From Octopus vulgaris (Eukaryota), in NCBI GenBank assembly GCA_951406725.2, contig OX597834.1, forward strand, positions 1,488,001-1,552,000: DNA of 64,000 nt, written 5' to 3'. A program made the translations under genes and the position numbers. Within the stretch, counting starts at the first letter, position 1; every line of letters starts with the position of its first letter. The notes beneath the pieces were generated by a model. That model saw only the letters and a program-made list of their open reading frames with translations. It ran no database searches and had not been told where the DNA came from. Positions 58,837 through 64,000 of the stretch are shown piece after piece.

Positions 58837-59035
58837 TTTCTAATGTCGAGAAGAAAATAATAGAAATGAAATGGGGTCGAAACTGCCCCTAGGGGCGAAT
58901 TCCTCCCTTGTAAAAGCACTCAAATGAAAGTTGGTTGCCTTACACACCTTATTTGCAAAAATCTACACAAAAATTGGCCTATAAATAGTAAAAATAAATG
59001 ATTACCTTCGGAGCTGAAACGACATCACATCCGTC

Positions 59036-59136
<101 letters not shown>

Positions 59137-59438
59137 CTTTCTTTTATTAGCCACACAGGGCTGAATACAGAGGGGACAAATACAAATGCAGAGCTTTTCT
59201 TTTCGAGGGTGGAAAAAAATAAAAATGTAAGATTGCGATCAAAAGGGATCGAGAGGAGGAAAAAAAAGGAAAAAAAAAGAAAATCGTGTATCACAGAAAT
59301 AATGGTGTAAACATTGATATAACAAGATTGGGTTCATCCGTGGGAAGAAAAGCCTACAGAAAAGACCACGGGAACCCCAGTCAGGGAGGAAATAAACACA
59401 TGAGGTCAAAAATGCTCTCTTTCTTTCTTTTTTACGAT

Positions 59439-62400
59439 CTACAGGATCATGCTCAAAATGGTTTCGTTACTAGCACGCACCATCTTTGCAACATTCACCC
59501 ATCTTTTTTTGAATCTTTCGCGAGACAAAACTTCCCTCTCCATTCTCACCTTCCTTTTCAAGTGGTACTTGAAAAAGTTGATGAGCGATTGGCCAGATAG
59601 GTAAGTGTTTGTCTCTAATCCTTTCGCTCGAGTCCACCACACACATTCTTTCACCATGGCCACCAGTACGATGAAAACTGCCTTGCCTTCCCGGTTGAGG
59701 GAAGGGGGCGGAGCAATTCTCACGATAGACTCGGCCGATAGGCGGATTCGTCCCACACGTGACAGCAGCCGTTCGGCATAAGCCCACAGGTCGGAAATGG
59801 TTGGACATTGCACGAGTGCGTGCAGAACGGTTTCATCGCTCTGACCGCATCTCGGGCAAGTCGGTCCAGTGTGTCTGGAACCGTGTCTGTAGAGCTTATC
59901 CCGAACAGGTAATGCTTCTCGATAGCACTGCCAGGCCAGGGATCTTTGATGATTGTTCATAGGTCCCGGCCCGAAAGTTGTCCTGAACAGGCGGGTCAGG
60001 TGTTCCTCGTCGACGCCCAGACTCTGCCCGAGTTCGTCGTCGCGCCTCCCCTCCACTAATCCTCTATAGAATGCCTTTGTTGTGATGGAGTCGCACAAGT
60101 TCGATCCCGGACGGCAGAGTTGCTTGAGAGCAACGCGACACTCGCGGTGCCATTCGCCTAGCCTCGGTCTCTGCTTGATCCATGACTGTAGTTCGTCCAA
60201 GGAGACGAGCTGCGGGAAAGCGCGCCGCACAAAAGGCGACCACCCCTGTTCACCGTTGTCTATGAAGCGCCGGAGATGTCGCAGTCTCAGCGCATGTCTG
60301 CGCATCATCAACCACGGCATGCCCAGCCCTCCATTTAGCGGGTGTTGGCAGCAAATGGATCGCCTAACCATCGGAACGTTTCCCTTCCACAAGAAGCGGA
60401 AGAGTATGCGTTCCAGTTTGGTGATGGTAGGGTCGGGACAAGGCACGACGGTCAGACGATACTCGATGACGGATGCGATGTACGCGTTCGCCACCTCCGC
60501 CCGACCTTTTAGGGATAGCTTTCTCTCAGTCCATTTCTGGGTGAGAGTAGCCACCCTAGTCGTTATCTCGCCCCAGTTCTTCTCCATTTGGAGGTCCGGA
60601 CCGAACCAGACCCCGAGCAATTTAACCGGTCCGTCCGTCCAGCGTCCCACGATGGAGACGCTGTTGGACGGCATGGGCTTGCTTCTCCAGGTGCCGAGCC
60701 GCAAGCCCACTGACTTTTCCCGGTTAATTTTTGCTCCCGTTACCGCTTCGTATTCTTTCAGTGTCTCGCCGACCAGCTCGATGTGCTCGTAGCTCGACAC
60801 TATGACGGTGACGTCATCCGCGTATGCAGACACGCTCCTCCCGCATCCCAGCTCTCGTGGGATGCCCCTCAGCGTCGCCAGTTTCCGCAGTAGTGGCTCA
60901 AGAGTCAGTACATACAGCAGCGATGAGAGGGGGCATCCCTGACGAACCGAACGCATGATGTTAAAAGGTCTGGATAGATGACCATTTACGCGAACTACTG
61001 AGCGGATGCCGCTGTATAAGGCAGCGATCCAACCGCGGAAAACTGGACCGAAACCAGCCGCTTTGAGGACAGCCTCCAAGTAGTGATGGTCTACCCTATC
61101 AAAGGCTTTTGATTGATCCAAATTGATCAGCGCCCCACCCATGCCAGGATTTTTAACTACCCTGTCTATGATGTAGCGCATCAGGTGGAGGTTGTCATGA
61201 ATACTTCTACCCGGCACGGCGCATGTTTGCGCCTTGTCGATTAGTTTCTTGATGACAAGCGCCAACCTCTCGGCTAACACCTTGGCCAAAATTTTCAAAT
61301 CTGCGTTGAGCAGAGTGATGGGCCTGAAATTATCTATGACGTCCCCCTTGTTTGGGTCTTTCTTGATCAGTGCCACTGCTCCTCGCTTTACAAAAGCAGG
61401 AATACTCCCGTTCTGCTGCCAGTTGCAGTAGACAGCTGCCAAGACGCCTCCAAACAAGTCTGGCATATGAAAATAAAATTCGTAGGGCAGACCATCCAAG
61501 CCTGGTGACTTGTCTCTCGCGCAGCCTACCATCGCATCCTGTACGTCCGCAGCTGTGATAGGCTTTTCACAAGACTCCACCTCCCTTGCTGAGAGTCGTG
61601 GCAAGGCATGCAGGTAGGCACTAAAGTCCACTCTGCTTTCTGACTCACCACTTGTCCCAAACAGTTGGGTGAAGTGTTGTTGAAAAACCCCACACATCCT
61701 TTTAGGCTCGAGCAATTCGCGCCCCTGTTCATCTATAAGAGACTTGATGGTGGCTCTGTTGCCTCGTTGCGTCTCCACCACTCGGGCCTCTTGGGCGGCT
61801 CCAACTCCTTCGTTCCTCAGAGCACGCATCCTAGCTCTGACAACGCATCCCTCGTGTTTGGCGTTGAGGTGTTGGTCGAGGGCCAATCTCGCCGCCAGTA
61901 CGTTGGACGCGATGCCAGTTCTAAGTGCCTCTTCTAAAACCTTAACTAAATCTCCCTCTATTCTATTTCGGTCTAATGCTAGGGCTCTACTGTATCTGAC
62001 TGATTCTGCTTTAATCGCTTTTTTAGGGCATACCACCATCTGTTGTTGATGATGGTACCCGTCAAAGCTCTCTTAACTAATGTGCTGATCCGGTCCCTGT
62101 AAACCTGTCGTGCTGTAAAAGACGCGTTCAGTTTCCAGTAACCAGGACCCTGCCTATGTGTCTTATCTAAGCCAAGTGTACAAGTCACAAACTTGTGATC
62201 TGTGTAACTGACTATATGAAATTGTGGACAACCTACACTATTTTTATCTATTGTCCTACAGAATACTCTATCTAAGTATGATCTGGACGACCCGATGCGG
62301 TTGCTCCATGTCCACATTGGCACATTCGGGTGGTCCAGTCGGTACCTGTCAGACAGTTGGAAACGTCTGAGCAGGTCTTTGAGGCATTTGCATCCCCTTC

Positions 62401-62875
62401 TATTGCTATCTCTGCCCACGTAGTCTAGATGCGTGTCCAGGGTGGCATTCCAATCCCCCACTAAAAGTAAAGGACGAGACGTTCCCATGAAAGACTCTAG
62501 ACGTCGAAAGAAATCTGGTCGGCCTGTTAAGGACGGAGCATAAACTGCTATCAGTCGAAAAGCACACTCATTGCTGCCATCGACATCTAAAACGACCAGC
62601 CTACCCTCCGGGTCTAGGAAATTTGCTCTTACTTTGAGATCCAGACTCTTCCGGATAAGCACCGCGGTGCCACCTCCGCCCATTCTCGGTAGACACGGAG
62701 AAAAATAAATGTTGAAATGTGTACCGAAAATGTGCTGGAGTGCCCGCAAGCTGTGGAGTCTGGTCTCACTGATGGCTATGATATTCAGATTTAGTGACTT
62801 GATGTCATTTAACAGGTAGCCTTGTTTCCAAGGCGACCCCAAGCCACGTACATTTATACTACCTATTCTGAGCAT
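59439..62875 (-). pseudogene. Tx1-type ORF2, copy C2, one frameshift at ~62022 (homopolymer)
   Basis: APE (INVRGL, ISET, GDWN, YTDH) in 61979-62893; RT and zinc finger in 59439-62039. Likely start MLRIGSINV at 62875. Confidence 0.92.
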
Positions 62876-62917
62876 GTTCCGATAAAAGTGCAAAAAAGGA
62901 AAAGGAGAGAGAAAAGG

Positions 62918-64000
62918 TTACTTGTTTTTCGAAAGTTCTTTGTCTTTCACCTCACGGTCTTCTTCTATGAGGCTTTTATACAGTTTTTTCGATGAGTACT
63001 TTTGAAATCTCCCTACTGCATCAGGGTAAAGAGATTTCAGGGTGCTGTATGTGTTCTGTGTCACGTGTATTATTTTAATGTGTTGTGGTGGTGTTGTGTG
63101 TGGGTGGTTACTTGTTTTTATGTCGTTTTCAGTAATGTTAGTGTTTGACCTAATGTGTTCCATTAGGTCGTGGTTGTTTGTGTTAATGGCTGTCAACATT
63201 TTTGGGGGGTTTGATGATGGTGTGTTTGTGCTGATGTGTGTGTTTTCTGTGGATGTTTTTGTTTCGGGAGTGGTGTATCTTCCCGCTTTGTTTGTTATTT
63301 TTTCTTTTCTTTTTTTCCCCTTTTTCTTCTCCCCCCTGTGGCTATTTGCCAATCTTCCGTGTCTTCTTCGTCTAATGACAGATCGGACGAATCGGAGTCT
63401 GGAAGAGGGAAAGTATTGGGGTCTATTGTCGACTGTGTTGGTTTTGTTGTTGGTGTTGGTTGGTGAGCGTTTGGTTGTGGTGTATGCGGTTTTGGATGTG
63501 GGGTTTGGGTATTTTGTGTTTGAGTGATTGTGGGTATTGTTGTGTTGTTTAGGGTCTCAATTTTGTGGGGATTTGGAGTTGTAATTGTTTCTTCATTTTT
63601 GCTGGGTGTCTTTTTGGCAGATGTCCTTGGTTTGGGGGTTGGTATATTCTTGGTTGTTGTTGTTGTTGGTGATGCTGCTTCTGTTGTTGGTGCTGCAGTT
63701 GGTGTGGTTGTTTGTTTGGTGAGGTTTGTTCCTGCAAAAAGTGGTGTGGGTAGTAAACCTTGTTTATTTGTTTTTGTTTCCGGCTGCTGTTGTTGTTGCT
63801 GTTGTTTTCTTGCGGCAGATTTGCAGTCTTTTTTGAGATGTTGCTCACTGCCGCATATGTAGCAACGTGGTCTTCTGCCATCGACGACCACATATAACTT
63901 GTGGTCGTCTGATACACATATCTGGGTGGGTATTTTTTTTTATATCTTCATGATGTATATGTAGAAGAAATTCTATTTTTTTTCCCACCCAGTTTTTATG
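62918..64000 (-). pseudogene. Tx1-type ORF1 3' part, copy C2
   Basis: CYICGSEQHLKKDC knuckle; WQIATGG, KAGRY and NHPHTTPP blocks shared with family B; frameshifts at ~63330 and ~63935. Confidence 0.87.

Overview
Eukaryotic, AT-rich, extremely microsatellite-dense DNA. The SINE, repeat spectrum and element families suggest an octopus-like cephalopod (inference). Almost the whole window is retroelement-derived, and each retroelement lineage sits in its own type of microsatellite. (1) 36.8-64 kb is a head-to-tail nest of six Tx1-type (L1 group) APE-RT LINEs from three families, all on the minus strand, each separated by 85-150 bp of (GATA)n; a two-fragment nest lies at 10.8-11.6 kb. (2) 23.4-32.4 kb is a nest of R4/Dong-type RT-RLE elements within (AAT)n tracts. 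(3) Penelope-like (RT + GIY-YIG) elements with inverted terminal repeats and hammerhead ribozyme folds lie in (TA)n. (4) There is one decayed RTE LINE, plus short RTE-like elements carrying an HDV-like ribozyme fold in or next to (TATG)n. There is also a MITE-like element, a nested foldback, tRNA-derived SINEs and one unique-sequence ORF of about 350 aa with a C-terminal hydrophobic segment. Strongest leads: the (GATA)n-targeting Tx1 array, its covarying 3'UTR RNA structures, a shared ORF1 frameshift, and the ribozymes. Most short ORFs in the supplied track are microsatellite or antisense artefacts. Family letters A-D are my own labels.
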